Assembly: GCF_000018105.1 (NCBI RefSeq)
Contig: NC_009925.1
Span: forward strand, 1,710,001 to 1,742,000
Length of the DNA: 32,000 nt
DNA from: Acaryochloris marina MBIC11017
GTDB lineage: Bacteria; Cyanobacteriota; Cyanobacteriia; Thermosynechococcales; Thermosynechococcaceae
Direction of reading: 5' to 3'
This document shows, piece after piece, positions 1 to 9,131 of the stretch (position 1 is its first letter; each line of letters starts with the position of its first letter). A program made the position numbers and the translations under genes. The notes under the pieces were generated by a model. The model saw nothing but the letters and a program-made list of their open reading frames with translations, was not told where the DNA came from and searched no databases.

Positions 1-1889
1 TCTGACTTTTCTGTATCAGTCACCAACCCTTCAATAAAAGAACGATCGATTTTCAGGGTGTCTAAGGGGAAGTTATGTAAAAAGCTCAGAGATGAATAAC
101 CAGTCCCAAAGTCGTCGATTTGGAGTTGAAGCCCCAAAGCGCGCAGTTGACTAATGAGTTCAGAAACCATCACCTCATTTTCCATAATCATGGTTTCTGT
201 AATTTCTAGCTTGAGGTGACGAGCACTGACTCCCGTCTCCGATAGAATCGATTGGATTTGTTTGCCTAAACTGGCCTGAGAAAACTGCTTACGGGACAAA
301 TTAACGCTAATACTCAAGGGTGGAATCTCAGTCAGGGTCTGATGCCACTGCCATAGCTGTTGACAGGATTCTTCCAGGACCCACTGACCAATCGCTAGGA
401 TCAATCCCGTTTCCTCCGCCACAGGAATAAATTCCTGGGGCGAAATTAAGCCTCGCTGAGGATGTTGCCAGCGGATCAGCGCTTCTAGGCTAACGATTTC
501 ATGGGTTTTGAGGGAAATAATCGGTTGATAATAGAGCTGAAATTCCTGGTTGGCAATGGCAGCTCGCAGGTCGGTTTCTACCCGAAGCAATGCCTGAACG
601 CGATCGCGCATGGCTGCTTCGAAGACGACATATCGAGACTTGCCCAGGGCTTTGGCTCGATACATGGCATTATCCGCATCCCGCAATAAATTTTCTGCCT
701 GGGGCGAATGGTCTGAATTCAGAGCAATCCCGATGCTGGCCGAAATATAAACTGTATGCCCCTGAAGTTCAAAGGCTTTCTCTAACTCTCGATTGAGACG
801 GCTGGCCACTTGTTCCGCTTGATCTTGCCCAGCAATATTCTCCAAAAGGATGGCAAACTCATCACCGCCCAACCGAGCAATCACATCACCGGGGCGTAAC
901 GCTGTTGTCAGCCGTTGAGCCACTTCAATCAGCAGCTGATCCCCAATGGCATGGCCCAAACTATCATTAATAACCTTAAACCGATCGCAGTCCAGAAACA
1001 GCACGGCAAATAGATAGTTGGTCTGGCGATTGACGCGCGTCAGAGTCCGATGAAGCTGGTCCAAAAATAACGCCCGACTGGGTAGCCCTGTGAGATGATC
1101 GTAAAGCGCCACATGGTTAGTGAGATCCGTGTGCGACCCTGCCATCCGTACCACGCGATTTTTGGGGCCAAACACCGCCATGCCGCGGCTACTGACCCAG
1201 CGATAGGACTGGTCCCGGTGAAGCATGCGATATTGACATTCAAAGGCGGTTGTTTCCCGTCGCAAATGCCGCCGTAAATCGATGCGGAATCGTTCCTTAT
1301 CTTCCGGGTGAATGCGATCAAACCATTCTTGAATAGAAGGCTGTAGCGTCACTTCTGCTTGGCCAATAATCGCGGCCCAACGGGGAGAATAATAAACTTG
1401 ATGGGTTTGTAAGTTCCAATCCCAAAGCCCATCATTTGAGGCTTGGGCCACCAAATTATATTGTTCCTCTCGCTCCTGCAACGCCACTAATGTCCGAGTA
1501 TGGTTAATGGCATAGCGAATCGACCGCTCCAGTAAAGCGGATGTAATCATCCCTTTCACCAAATAATCCGTCGCCCCTGCCGTCATCGCAGCTAAGTCGA
1601 TCTCGCGATCTTCCTGGCCCGTCAACAAGATAATCGGAATCCGATGGCCTAAAGCAACCACTTCTTCTAGCAAGTCCAAGCCTGTTCGACTGCCTAAGCG
1701 AAAATCGAACACATAAATATCATGCTGGTGACGCTGAACCGCCTCTAGTCCTTTGTCATAGGTATCCGCCCAGTCCAGATCAAACTGGATGCTTTGAAAA
1801 TCGTCTAGGAGATCTTCAAAAAAGAAATAGTCATCTTCATCATCTTCCACCAGCAATAGTTTGATATGCAGTGGATCAAGATGCCTCAC
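1..1889 (-). CDS. Receiver-PAS-GGDEF-EAL protein (c-di-GMP turnover); C-terminus cut by the window edge
   Basis: Absent from the ORF track because it runs off the window. My translation of the minus strand in the frame of GTG at 1889 gives: VRHLDPLHIKLLLVEDDEDDYFFFEDLLDDF...IILLTGQEDREIDLAAMTAGATDYLVKG (receiver); EWFDRIHPEDKERF (PAS-like, about 1328-1265); ARLGGDEFAIL (GGDEF, about 869); EALIRWQHP, DDFGTGYSS and LKIDRSFI (EAL, about 500-10). The frame is consistent at 1889, 1328, 869 and 5. The start codon is uncertain: GTG 1889 lies 11 nt upstream of the upstream gene's stop codon, and there is no nearby in-frame ATG. Confidence 0.85.
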   Translation of the reverse strand, partial: MRHLDPLHIKLLLVEDDEDDYFFFEDLLDDFQSIQFDLDWADTYDKGLEAVQRHQHDIYVFDFRLGSRTGLDLLEEVVALGHRIPIILLTGQEDREIDLAAMTAGATDYLVKGMITSALLERSIRYAINHTRTLVALQEREEQYNLVAQASNDGLWDWNLQTHQVYYSPRWAAIIGQAEVTLQPSIQEWFDRIHPEDKERFRIDLRRHLRRETTAFECQYRMLHRDQSYRWVSSRGMAVFGPKNRVVRMAGSHTDLTNHVALYDHLTGLPSRALFLDQLHRTLTRVNRQTNYLFAVLFLDCDRFKVINDSLGHAIGDQLLIEVAQRLTTALRPGDVIARLGGDEFAILLENIAGQDQAEQVASRLNRELEKAFELQGHTVYISASIGIALNSDHSPQAENLLRDADNAMYRAKALGKSRYVVFEAAMRDRVQALLRVETDLRAAIANQEFQLYYQPIISLKTHEIVSLEALIRWQHPQRGLISPQEFIPVAEETGLILAIGQWVLEESCQQLWQWHQTLTEIPPLSISVNLSRKQFSQASLGKQIQSILSETGVSARHLKLEITETMIMENEVMVSELISQLRALGLQLQIDDFGTGYSSLSFLHNFPLDTLKIDRSFIEGLVTDTEKS

Positions 1890-2346
1890 AACATTGCTCC
1901 GGGGGTAATGCCACAACGGTAAACCAGTACTGGCCTAGGGTTTGCATCACCTCAACTAATGCGTCAAAGGTCACAGGTTTGGTGATGTAGGTATTGGCCC
2001 CCAAGTCATAACTGCGGTAAATATCAATATCCGTATTAGAGGTGGTTAAGACCACAATTGGAATACGGCGGAGTTCAGGATTCGCTTTAATCTCCTGTAA
2101 TGCCTCTCGTCCGTCTTTCTTCGGCATATTGAGATCCAGCAAGATTAGACCGGGGCGGGGCGACGTTTTCGGGTCGGCATATTGACCTCGGCGAAATAAG
2201 TAATCCATCAATTCTTCGCCATCTTTGACAAAGCGAAGGTCATTACTCAGTCGGCTCTCCTCTAAAGCTTCGGCCGTGAGCATCCGATCATCTTCATCAT
2301 CGTCAGCCATCAAAATCGTAATCGGGGCAGCATTGACTGAGGTCAT
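1876..2346 (-). CDS. Single-domain CheY-like response regulator, Rcp1-like
   Basis: 156 aa ORF. It carries the acidic pocket ILMADDDEDD, the phospho-acceptor context LILLDLNMPKKDG, VVLTTS and KP. From memory, the overall pattern (PRPGLILLDLNMPKKDGREALQEIKANPELRRIPIVVLTTS...YWF) closely resembles Rcp1, the partner of cyanobacterial phytochrome Cph1. Its ATG overlaps the upstream kinase stop (ATGA at 2343-2346). Confidence 0.9.
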   Translation of the reverse strand: MTSVNAAPITILMADDDEDDRMLTAEALEESRLSNDLRFVKDGEELMDYLFRRGQYADPKTSPRPGLILLDLNMPKKDGREALQEIKANPELRRIPIVVLTTSNTDIDIYRSYDLGANTYITKPVTFDALVEVMQTLGQYWFTVVALPPEQCCEAS

Positions 2347-3815
2347 GATTGGGGCTCCATGGAGGTTTGGGTAAGCGGTAAGGTGATGAAAAATGTTGCG
2401 CCTTGGCCCGGTGAACTTTCAGCGGTGATGGTGCCACCATGATGCTCGGCTATTTTGGCACAGACCGCTAGGCCAATGCCCGTGCCATCATATTCATTGC
2501 GACTATGTAAACGCTGAAACACTCGAAAAATACGGTCCGTATACTTTTGCTCAAAGCCAATGCCATTATCTTCAACGCTGATTTGGTACAGGCTCTCGGT
2601 CTCAGTACTTTCATTAACCGACTGCCCGCCAATCGTGATGCAGAGGGGCTGATCCGGCTGACGAAACTTGAGAGCATTGCTAATCAGGTTTTGAAACAGT
2701 TGGCGAATTTGCATCGGTTCCGCATCAATCGTAGGTAACGCAGTCACCTCAACCTGGGCCTCCGTTTCCTGAATCCGAATTTCCAGATCATCTAAAACGC
2801 TGCCCACCACTTCATTGAGATCGACTTCAGTAAAGGGTTGTGACTTTGACGTCACTCGAGAAAAAGCTAATAGGTTCTGCACCAGTTGCCGCATGCGACC
2901 CGCCGCTTTTTGCATACGGTCCACATAATCTTTCCCCCGATCGCTCAGATCATCTCTACATTTCGTTTGTAATCGATCACCAAAGGCCTCAATTTTGCGG
3001 AGGGGCTCTTGTAAATCATGGGAGGCTACATAGGCAAATTGTTCTAATTCCTTATTGGAGCGGAGTAAGGCTTCATTCGAACGAGCTAGCGCCTCAGACT
3101 CTTCTGCTAGTTTGGCTTCAGCTTCCTGCTTGGCTTTTTCCTGCCGTATCAGAACGGCTTGAGCATAGCCAACGATAATGACGAGCACCCCATATAGCCC
3201 GACAAAGATAACGATAACGGCGATCAGCCCTTCTTGCTGAGCATCTTCTACCTGTTGTACGAGCGGTGTGACATTGCTATAGACCTCGATAACACCTTCA
3301 ATCTCTGAATCAGCACCCTGAGGCCGAAGGGGTAAATAGCTGGAAATCAGTTTTTTCTCTGTCAGGAGTCCCTGTACACCCCGAAATTTCTTTTTATGGG
3401 ACAGCTTAGTAATGGTTTCACCAGAACGCGCTGTCAGGAATCCAGAATATTTCGATTTATCCTGACCAATTTGTTTGGCGTTGGTCGAAAACACCACTCG
3501 ACCGTTTAAATCGAAAATTTTGAGTTTGGCGATGGACGTTCCTTGAATCAGACGACGAACGGTGTCATCGATATCTTCAATCTGAGGATGATTTTGTAAG
3601 TCTTTCCTAGATAAGGACTCCGTAGAACTCAAGAGAGATTTGTGCTGAGGCCATACCGAATTAGCAAAAACTTGGGTAATTTCAACATTCTTTTGCTCAC
3701 TCGCACTAATCAGTTGGGCCGTTGTCGTTTGCTGATTATAGTGCCGCAAGAAGAGGGTGGCGCTCCCACAGGCAACTAAACTCGCAATCGAAAAATATCG
3801 CAGTAACTTAAACAA
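2343..3815 (-). CDS. Membrane sensor histidine kinase (extracytoplasmic sensor domain, coiled coil, HisKA, HATPase_c)
   Basis: 490 aa. It has an N-terminal TM (FSIASLVACGSATLF), an extracytoplasmic segment of about 170 aa, a second TM (LIAVIVIFVGLYGVLVIIVGY) and a coiled coil (KAKQEAEAKLAEESEALARSNEALLRSNKELEQF). The H-box is FAYVASHDLQEPLRKI, the N-box NLISNALKF and the G-boxes DNGIGF and GTGIGLAVC. Confidence 0.9.
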   Translation of the reverse strand: MFKLLRYFSIASLVACGSATLFLRHYNQQTTTAQLISASEQKNVEITQVFANSVWPQHKSLLSSTESLSRKDLQNHPQIEDIDDTVRRLIQGTSIAKLKIFDLNGRVVFSTNAKQIGQDKSKYSGFLTARSGETITKLSHKKKFRGVQGLLTEKKLISSYLPLRPQGADSEIEGVIEVYSNVTPLVQQVEDAQQEGLIAVIVIFVGLYGVLVIIVGYAQAVLIRQEKAKQEAEAKLAEESEALARSNEALLRSNKELEQFAYVASHDLQEPLRKIEAFGDRLQTKCRDDLSDRGKDYVDRMQKAAGRMRQLVQNLLAFSRVTSKSQPFTEVDLNEVVGSVLDDLEIRIQETEAQVEVTALPTIDAEPMQIRQLFQNLISNALKFRQPDQPLCITIGGQSVNESTETESLYQISVEDNGIGFEQKYTDRIFRVFQRLHSRNEYDGTGIGLAVCAKIAEHHGGTITAESSPGQGATFFITLPLTQTSMEPQS

Positions 3816-3973
3816 AAGCTAAATTCCAAAGGCAATACATCCTGGTGTCCTGATCCAGTTGTCAGGATCCCTTTGGTTAGAATTCCCAGAATTTCCTACC
3901 TTTGGAACAAATCATTGATGGACATCACAACAAACGCGATATGTGAAGTTTTAAAAAGTATTTAAATTAAGAC

Positions 3974-5341
3974 TTATTTGCCAATACAAAAGCGACTAAA
4001 TATGCGGTCGAGCACTGATTCTGTGATGTCTTCTCCCGTGATTTCGCCTAAGGCCTGAATTGCCCCTCTCAGGTCTATGGTCCAAAAATCAAGGGGGAGC
4101 TGATCTGCGATCGCACCTTGGACATGCTCTAAAGCGGCTTGAGCTTTTTGGAGAGCAGCAGCCTGTCGCTGATTAATTGCCCAATCTAAATTAGCCGCTT
4201 TCAGAGACTGGGTTTGCACCGTTTCCAATATTGCCGTTTCCAATTCAGAGATGCCCTGGTTTTGGGCGGCAATGGTAGATACAACCTGAGCAATGGCTTC
4301 AGGGTAAACCACCTGCTCTTGGGGAACTAAATCCACTTTATTCACAATCAAAATCAGCGGTAGATCTTGAAACGCCTGATAGAGCTGCTGATCGTCAGAG
4401 GTCCATCCAACAGAGGCATCGATGGTGAGCAAAACCAAGTCAGCGGATTGAGCTGCTTGATGCGATCGCGTGACGCCAATTTGTTCAACCTGATCCTCAG
4501 TCTCTCGAATTCCAGCGGTATCTAAAACTTGAATGGGAATGCCTCCCACCACTAACTGGGATTCCACCACATCCCGAGTGGTGCCAGGGAGGTCCGTAAC
4601 GATGGCGCGATCGCATCGACACCACGCATTTAACAAGCTCGACTTGCCCACATTCGGACGACCTATAATCGCCACTGTCAGACCATTTCGCAATAATTCG
4701 CCTTGGTCTGCCGTTGCTAAAATCGCTTGAAGAGTGGCATGAATGTCTTGCAATTCCGCTTGGACACCCGCTTCATCCAACGGTGGTAAATCATCCTCAA
4801 AATCGACCCTAGCCTCCACTTCTGCCAAGGTATCCAGACAGCGCTGCCGCAGTTCCCGAATTGGGGATGCCAGCTTTCCCTGCACGCCCGCTAAGGCGGC
4901 TTGCGCCGCTTGGGGGGAACGAGCTCCCACCAGATCGGCTACCCCTTCCGCCTGGGTTAAGTCCAAACGGCCATTCAAAAAAGCTCTGAGGGTAAATTCT
5001 CCAGGCTGTGCAAGCTCAGCACCTGCTTGCAAGCAGGCCTCTAGCACCTGCTGCACAGCAATCATGCCCCCATGGCAATGAAATTCCACCACATCTTCAC
5101 GGGTATAGGAGCGAGGCGCCAGCATCAGCAGTAACAAACCTTCATCAATAATCTGCTGCGTTAAAGGCTGTTGAATATAACCATAAAGAACCCGATGACT
5201 CTCCCACTGCTGCTTTCCCGGCGTCTGAAAGAGCTGCTTGGCAATCGATACTGCTTCTACACCCGATAGGCGAACGATACCAATACTGCCTTGTTGGGGA
5301 ACAATAGCGGTTGCGATCGCTGCGATCGTAGTTTGCTTCAT
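3974..5341 (-). CDS. mnmE: tRNA modification GTPase MnmE (TrmE)
   Basis: 455 aa. It has an N-terminal TIAAIATA...[10 protein letters not shown], the G1 motif [26 protein letters not shown] and NKVDL, and the family-typical C-terminal CIGK. Confidence 0.95.
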   Translation of the reverse strand: MKQTTIAAIATAIVPQQGSIGIVRLSGVEAVSIAKQLFQTPGKQQWESHRVLYGYIQQPLTQQIIDEGLLLLMLAPRSYTREDVVEFHCHGGMIAVQQVLEACLQAGAELAQPGEFTLRAFLNGRLDLTQAEGVADLVGARSPQAAQAALAGVQGKLASPIRELRQRCLDTLAEVEARVDFEDDLPPLDEAGVQAELQDIHATLQAILATADQGELLRNGLTVAIIGRPNVGKSSLLNAWCRCDRAIVTDLPGTTRDVVESQLVVGGIPIQVLDTAGIRETEDQVEQIGVTRSHQAAQSADLVLLTIDASVGWTSDDQQLYQAFQDLPLILIVNKVDLVPQEQVVYPEAIAQVVSTIAAQNQGISELETAILETVQTQSLKAANLDWAINQRQAAALQKAQAALEHVQGAIADQLPLDFWTIDLRGAIQALGEITGEDITESVLDRIFSRFCIGK

Positions 5342-5563
5342 AAGCGGTCCGGGAGATGTCTGTTTATATGAGCAATGTCAACCAGTTTATGGTGAGACCT
5401 TTGGCATTGTCCCGTCTCTATCGATCCTCCGTCCCCAAACCGATGAATGCCGACTCTTAAGGTCTTCGTCAAATTGTTAGTCTTCTAGCCAAGCTATACT
5501 GGCCTGCAAGTCCACCGTCCTGAAGCAAACCGAGCCTCTTACTGTTACCCGTCATCCATACCC

Positions 5564-6556
5564 ATGCCCAGTCAAGTTGAATATAAAACAACACGCCGGT
5601 TTATGAATATTTGGGTCTACTTGGCCCTCGGCGCCGTTGGCATGATCATTTTGGCAGGATTGAGTTCCATTTTTTTCGTCAAACCGTTAGCCTCCAAAAC
5701 CCTGCAGGCTCGGGAAGGTCAACCTGCACGATTACAGCCGTTTAAAGTTAAACCTCAAGCCATTGGAGCGGTCAGAGTAGATGTCACGGCCCGAATCCCC
5801 ACCAATCGCTACCTCGCCTATGAGGTGCAAATTCGAGACCAACAAGACAAAATCTTGGCAGCCGGCCTCAAAAATGCCTGGAATGAGTCAGGGATTTGGC
5901 GAGAAGAAGGGCAAACAGGCACCTGGCAAGAAGATGATTTAGACGCAGGTTTAGATGTCAGTAGTGCCAAAGCGGAACCCCTAACTGTTGTGGTCGAGGT
6001 GCTGGAGTATGGCACCTCTCGTAACCAGACCCTCACCGAGTCCGTTTCCTTCCGCATTAAAGTCAATCAAGGCATTATCGACACCCGCTATTTATGGCCT
6101 GGTTTTTGGGGTGGCTTACTGATGGCAGGTTTAACCTGTCTATTTTCCAAGTCGGCTGGAGCCACCTTAAGCGATAAAAGCATTGGGGATAGTGACTTAG
6201 GGGACCGAGTCAATGCCGGGGGGCCAAACAAACTCATCAAAGTCATCGTCAAAACTGTGGCCGACGAAACCTCTCCTCCTTCTCTCAACTGCCGACTAAT
6301 GGTCAGGGACGGCAATGGTGACGAGCTGTTTAATGCCTCGGAAGTGATGCCCCTCAAATTCAAGCGAGATGAAGACGGCGATATCGACAGTACCCACGGT
6401 CAAGCCACCTTTTTTATGGTGCTGGAAAAACCCAGTTCCTACGGGTTTTATGTTGAAGTCACCCCCGATGCTCCTGTCGATTCAACTCGGCTGATTATCA
6501 AGCAAGGTGCTGTGACTTTAGGGGCCGTCAAAGTCGCTCATATTGGCGCAGCCTAA
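5564..6556 (+). CDS. Hypothetical two-TM membrane protein with two soluble beta-rich segments
   Basis: 330 aa ORF. TM1 is IWVYLALGAVGMIILAGLSSIFFV and TM2 is LWPGFWGGLLMAGLTCLFS. I recognise no family motif. It is the first gene of a same-strand cluster with short gaps. An alternative start is M14 (5603). Confidence 0.6.
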   Translation: MPSQVEYKTTRRFMNIWVYLALGAVGMIILAGLSSIFFVKPLASKTLQAREGQPARLQPFKVKPQAIGAVRVDVTARIPTNRYLAYEVQIRDQQDKILAAGLKNAWNESGIWREEGQTGTWQEDDLDAGLDVSSAKAEPLTVVVEVLEYGTSRNQTLTESVSFRIKVNQGIIDTRYLWPGFWGGLLMAGLTCLFSKSAGATLSDKSIGDSDLGDRVNAGGPNKLIKVIVKTVADETSPPSLNCRLMVRDGNGDELFNASEVMPLKFKRDEDGDIDSTHGQATFFMVLEKPSSYGFYVEVTPDAPVDSTRLIIKQGAVTLGAVKVAHIGAA

Positions 6557-6627
6557 ATCCAGCTCCCTTCCCAAAGATGCAACTCGATTTTTTCTCATTT
6601 AGGATGGCAGTAGAAACCTTTTAAACT

Positions 6628-6858
6628 ATGCTGACAAAACTTTTTTCAGTCGCAACAGTCGCTATTGTAGTCGCTTCTATCTTGGCTGCATACACCCAAC
6701 GCTCCGCCTTTCAGCTTCGGCAAGAGAACCAGCCCCATTATTGGACCCGTCGCGGCACCCGAACCTCTGGGCGCTATCGCGGTGGTGTTTGGATCGTCTC
6801 TCCGGCCCGGTCTTCCTACAGCGGATTCCGCGGTGGCAGTCTGGGTGTAGGTAAATAA
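6628..6858 (+). CDS. Small membrane protein with an Arg/Gly-rich tail (hypothetical)
   Basis: 76 aa. It has one N-terminal TM (LFSVATVAIVVASILAAY) followed by the basic tail RRGTRTSGRYRGG...SYSGFRGGSLGVGK. It ends 8 nt before the next gene's ATG. The coding call rests only on position and architecture; an antisense ORF (6646..6885) of similar length exists. Confidence 0.4.
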   Translation: MLTKLFSVATVAIVVASILAAYTQRSAFQLRQENQPHYWTRRGTRTSGRYRGGVWIVSPARSSYSGFRGGSLGVGK

Positions 6859-6866
6859 GTTGCGGT

Positions 6867-8435
6867 ATGGCCGAGTCAGAATCAACCTCTGGGGGAGTCC
6901 AGAGGCCTGAATCTATTCCCCTCAGCTCTAGTCAGCAACGCTGGTTACTGGCAGCCGCTGCCATCTCTTCCAGTGTGGGCCTCGCCGCAGAATTACTCTT
7001 AGGAACCCTAGCCAGTTATTTAGTCGGCAATACTGCATTAGCTTACGGTGTAGCCGTAGGAGGCTTTCTAGCTGCCATGGGATTGGGAGCCTATATCAGT
7101 CAATTTATTGCCGTAGACAATCAACAAAGCCAGTTAATCAAAGTTTTCTTACAAATTGAGTTGTGGGTTGCCCCATTAACAGCTGGCTTACCCATTGGAC
7201 TGTTTGTCGTTTTTGTCGCCGATGGACCGATTTGGCTAGGGCTCTTTCTTGTAACCCTTATTTTGGGTATTCTATCGGGCCTAGAAGTCCCCATTTTGAC
7301 TCGCATTATCGAACAAGATCGGGACGTCAAGTTCGCCCTTGCTGGAGTCTTGGCCTTAGATTATGTTGGCGCTTTAATCGGTTCCTTGGCGTTTCCGGTC
7401 CTACTTCTGCCCCTGTTGGGATTATTTCCCACCGCCGTGCTGATCGGGTCTTTACCTGCCTTTATGGTCTTTCGGTTAGGACGCTTATTTCGAGGCATGC
7501 GATCCTGGAGTTATTGGGGCCTCTGCATTGGCGTTGGCTTATGTGTGTTTGCTCCGTTCGTGATACCGTTTAGCGATCGCTTAGAAAATACCCTGTACCG
7601 AGCCCCCATTGTTAGTCGTATTCAGTCCACCTACCAGCGCATCGTCCTCACCCGCTCTGGCAACGACACCCGGCTCTATCTCGATGGCGACCTCCAGCTA
7701 TCCACCGTCGATGAATACCGCTATCACGAAGCCCTGGTCCATCCAGCCCTGAGCACCCATCCCCAGCGACGCCAAGTGCTGGTGCTCGGAGCTGGAGACG
7801 GCATGGCCGTAAGGGAAATCCTTAAATGGCCGGAAGTTGAAAAAGTGGTGCTTGTTGAGCTGGATCCTGCCGTCGTGAAACTCGCCCGTCAGTATCCTGT
7901 GCTCGTCGATCGCAACGCCCATGCCCTAGACGATCCTCGGGTAGCCGTGGTGTATGGAGATGCCTTTAAGCTCGCCCCTCAGCTGCCGGATACCTTTGAC
8001 GTCATCATTGCCGATTTCCCAGATCCCGATCGCCCTGCCCTCGCCAAGCTCTACTCCCAAGGATTCTATCGACAACTGTTCGCTCGCCTTGCCCCCAACG
8101 GCATCTTCGTCACCCAGGCATCCAGTCCTTTTTTCGCCCCAAAGGTTATGGACTGTATCGCCACAACCCTAACAGCTACTGATTTACAGGTTTATCCCTA
8201 CACCGTCAATGTGCCGAGCTTTGGTCCCTGGGGGTTTGTCTTGGCGTCGCCGAAGCCAGTCCAGTTTTCATCCCAAAGCCTAACGGTTCCCACTCGGTTC
8301 CTGACCCCAGCCCTCCTCCCTGAACTCTTTCAACTTCCCAAAGATATTTCTATCGGTAACGCCAAGATCAATCGGCTCACCGATCCAGTTATAGTTCAGT
8401 ACCAAGCCGATCCACGCTGGTCGGCCTATTATTGA
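6867..8435 (+). CDS. Polytopic membrane-anchored spermidine-synthase-like aminopropyltransferase (SpeE-like)
   Basis: 522 aa. About 7 hydrophobic helices fill the first ~230 aa. A SpeE-type catalytic domain follows: YQRIVLT...RLYLDGDLQLSTVDEYRYHEALVHPAL, the SAM-binding VLVLGAGDGMAVRE, VELDP, GDAF, and IIADFPDP. Confidence 0.85.
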   Translation: MAESESTSGGVQRPESIPLSSSQQRWLLAAAAISSSVGLAAELLLGTLASYLVGNTALAYGVAVGGFLAAMGLGAYISQFIAVDNQQSQLIKVFLQIELWVAPLTAGLPIGLFVVFVADGPIWLGLFLVTLILGILSGLEVPILTRIIEQDRDVKFALAGVLALDYVGALIGSLAFPVLLLPLLGLFPTAVLIGSLPAFMVFRLGRLFRGMRSWSYWGLCIGVGLCVFAPFVIPFSDRLENTLYRAPIVSRIQSTYQRIVLTRSGNDTRLYLDGDLQLSTVDEYRYHEALVHPALSTHPQRRQVLVLGAGDGMAVREILKWPEVEKVVLVELDPAVVKLARQYPVLVDRNAHALDDPRVAVVYGDAFKLAPQLPDTFDVIIADFPDPDRPALAKLYSQGFYRQLFARLAPNGIFVTQASSPFFAPKVMDCIATTLTATDLQVYPYTVNVPSFGPWGFVLASPKPVQFSSQSLTVPTRFLTPALLPELFQLPKDISIGNAKINRLTDPVIVQYQADPRWSAYY

Positions 8436-8454
8436 AACACTCTAGAGGCAGACT

Positions 8455-9048
8455 ATGGCTTACCTTTGGCTATTTATCATCATCATGGGCGTATTGGGTG
8501 TTGTCATCTATATGAGACAACAGTCTGGTAAATCCCTCCCCTTCGCCTCCCAACCCCAAGCGTTACCATCCCTCGAACGCACTGTTTTTACTCTAGAAGT
8601 GGGTGATATTGTTCAACATATGGGAACAGACTGGATCGTTGAAGGCAAACTCGTCTATGACGATCAAGGCTACTCCTGGTTAGAGTATCTATTGCAAGAC
8701 GGCAATCGTCGTCAATGGCTCTCTGTTGAAGAAGATGATGTCGTGGAAGTAGCGCTTTTAGAGGTCACCACAGCCTTGGAAGTTGGCACCAATCCACCCC
8801 CAGAACTGACCTTCGCCAATGAGACCTACCGCCATAAGGGATCTGGTATGGCTCAAATGACCCGCAAAGGGACTACTCTCAATCGCAATGCTGAACGGTG
8901 TCAATATTTTGACTATCAGGGACCAAATGACAAAATTCTCTCCATTGAAAATTGGGATGGCGATATTGAAGTGACAATCGGCCAAAAAATTCATCCCTCT
9001 ATGCTGACCTTACTCCCTGGGGATGGTCGTCGTATTTACGGGGCTTAA
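8455..9048 (+). CDS. DUF4178-domain protein with N-terminal TM anchor
   Basis: 197 aa. The TM is YLWLFIIIMGVLGVVIY. The following LEVGDIVQHMGTDWIVEGKLVYDDQGYSWLEYLLQDGNRRQWLSVEEDD matches the DUF4178 signature as I remember it. It starts 19 nt after the SpeE-like gene. Confidence 0.75.
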   Translation: MAYLWLFIIIMGVLGVVIYMRQQSGKSLPFASQPQALPSLERTVFTLEVGDIVQHMGTDWIVEGKLVYDDQGYSWLEYLLQDGNRRQWLSVEEDDVVEVALLEVTTALEVGTNPPPELTFANETYRHKGSGMAQMTRKGTTLNRNAERCQYFDYQGPNDKILSIENWDGDIEVTIGQKIHPSMLTLLPGDGRRIYGA

Positions 9049-9131
9049 TGTTGCGCAACGTTTGGTTCAGACCGGATACGCAATAGGATATTCTGACTAA
9101 GTTACACCGTTAGGGAAATCAGAGGTCAAGT

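Noticed and set aside
1040-1321. Track ORFs 1040..1321 (-) and 1095..1277 (+) were listed at the left end, along with 501..689 and 590..796.
   Set aside because: They are out of frame with, or antisense to, the continuous receiver-PAS-GGDEF-EAL reading frame, which has clear motifs throughout.
9049-9062. The 10-bp palindrome GTTGCGCAAC lies between the DUF4178 gene and bioB, and could be a biotin operator or a terminator.
   Set aside because: It is short, has no loop for a hairpin terminator and has no T-run. I know of no DNA-binding BirA-type regulation in cyanobacteria that would support an operator call.
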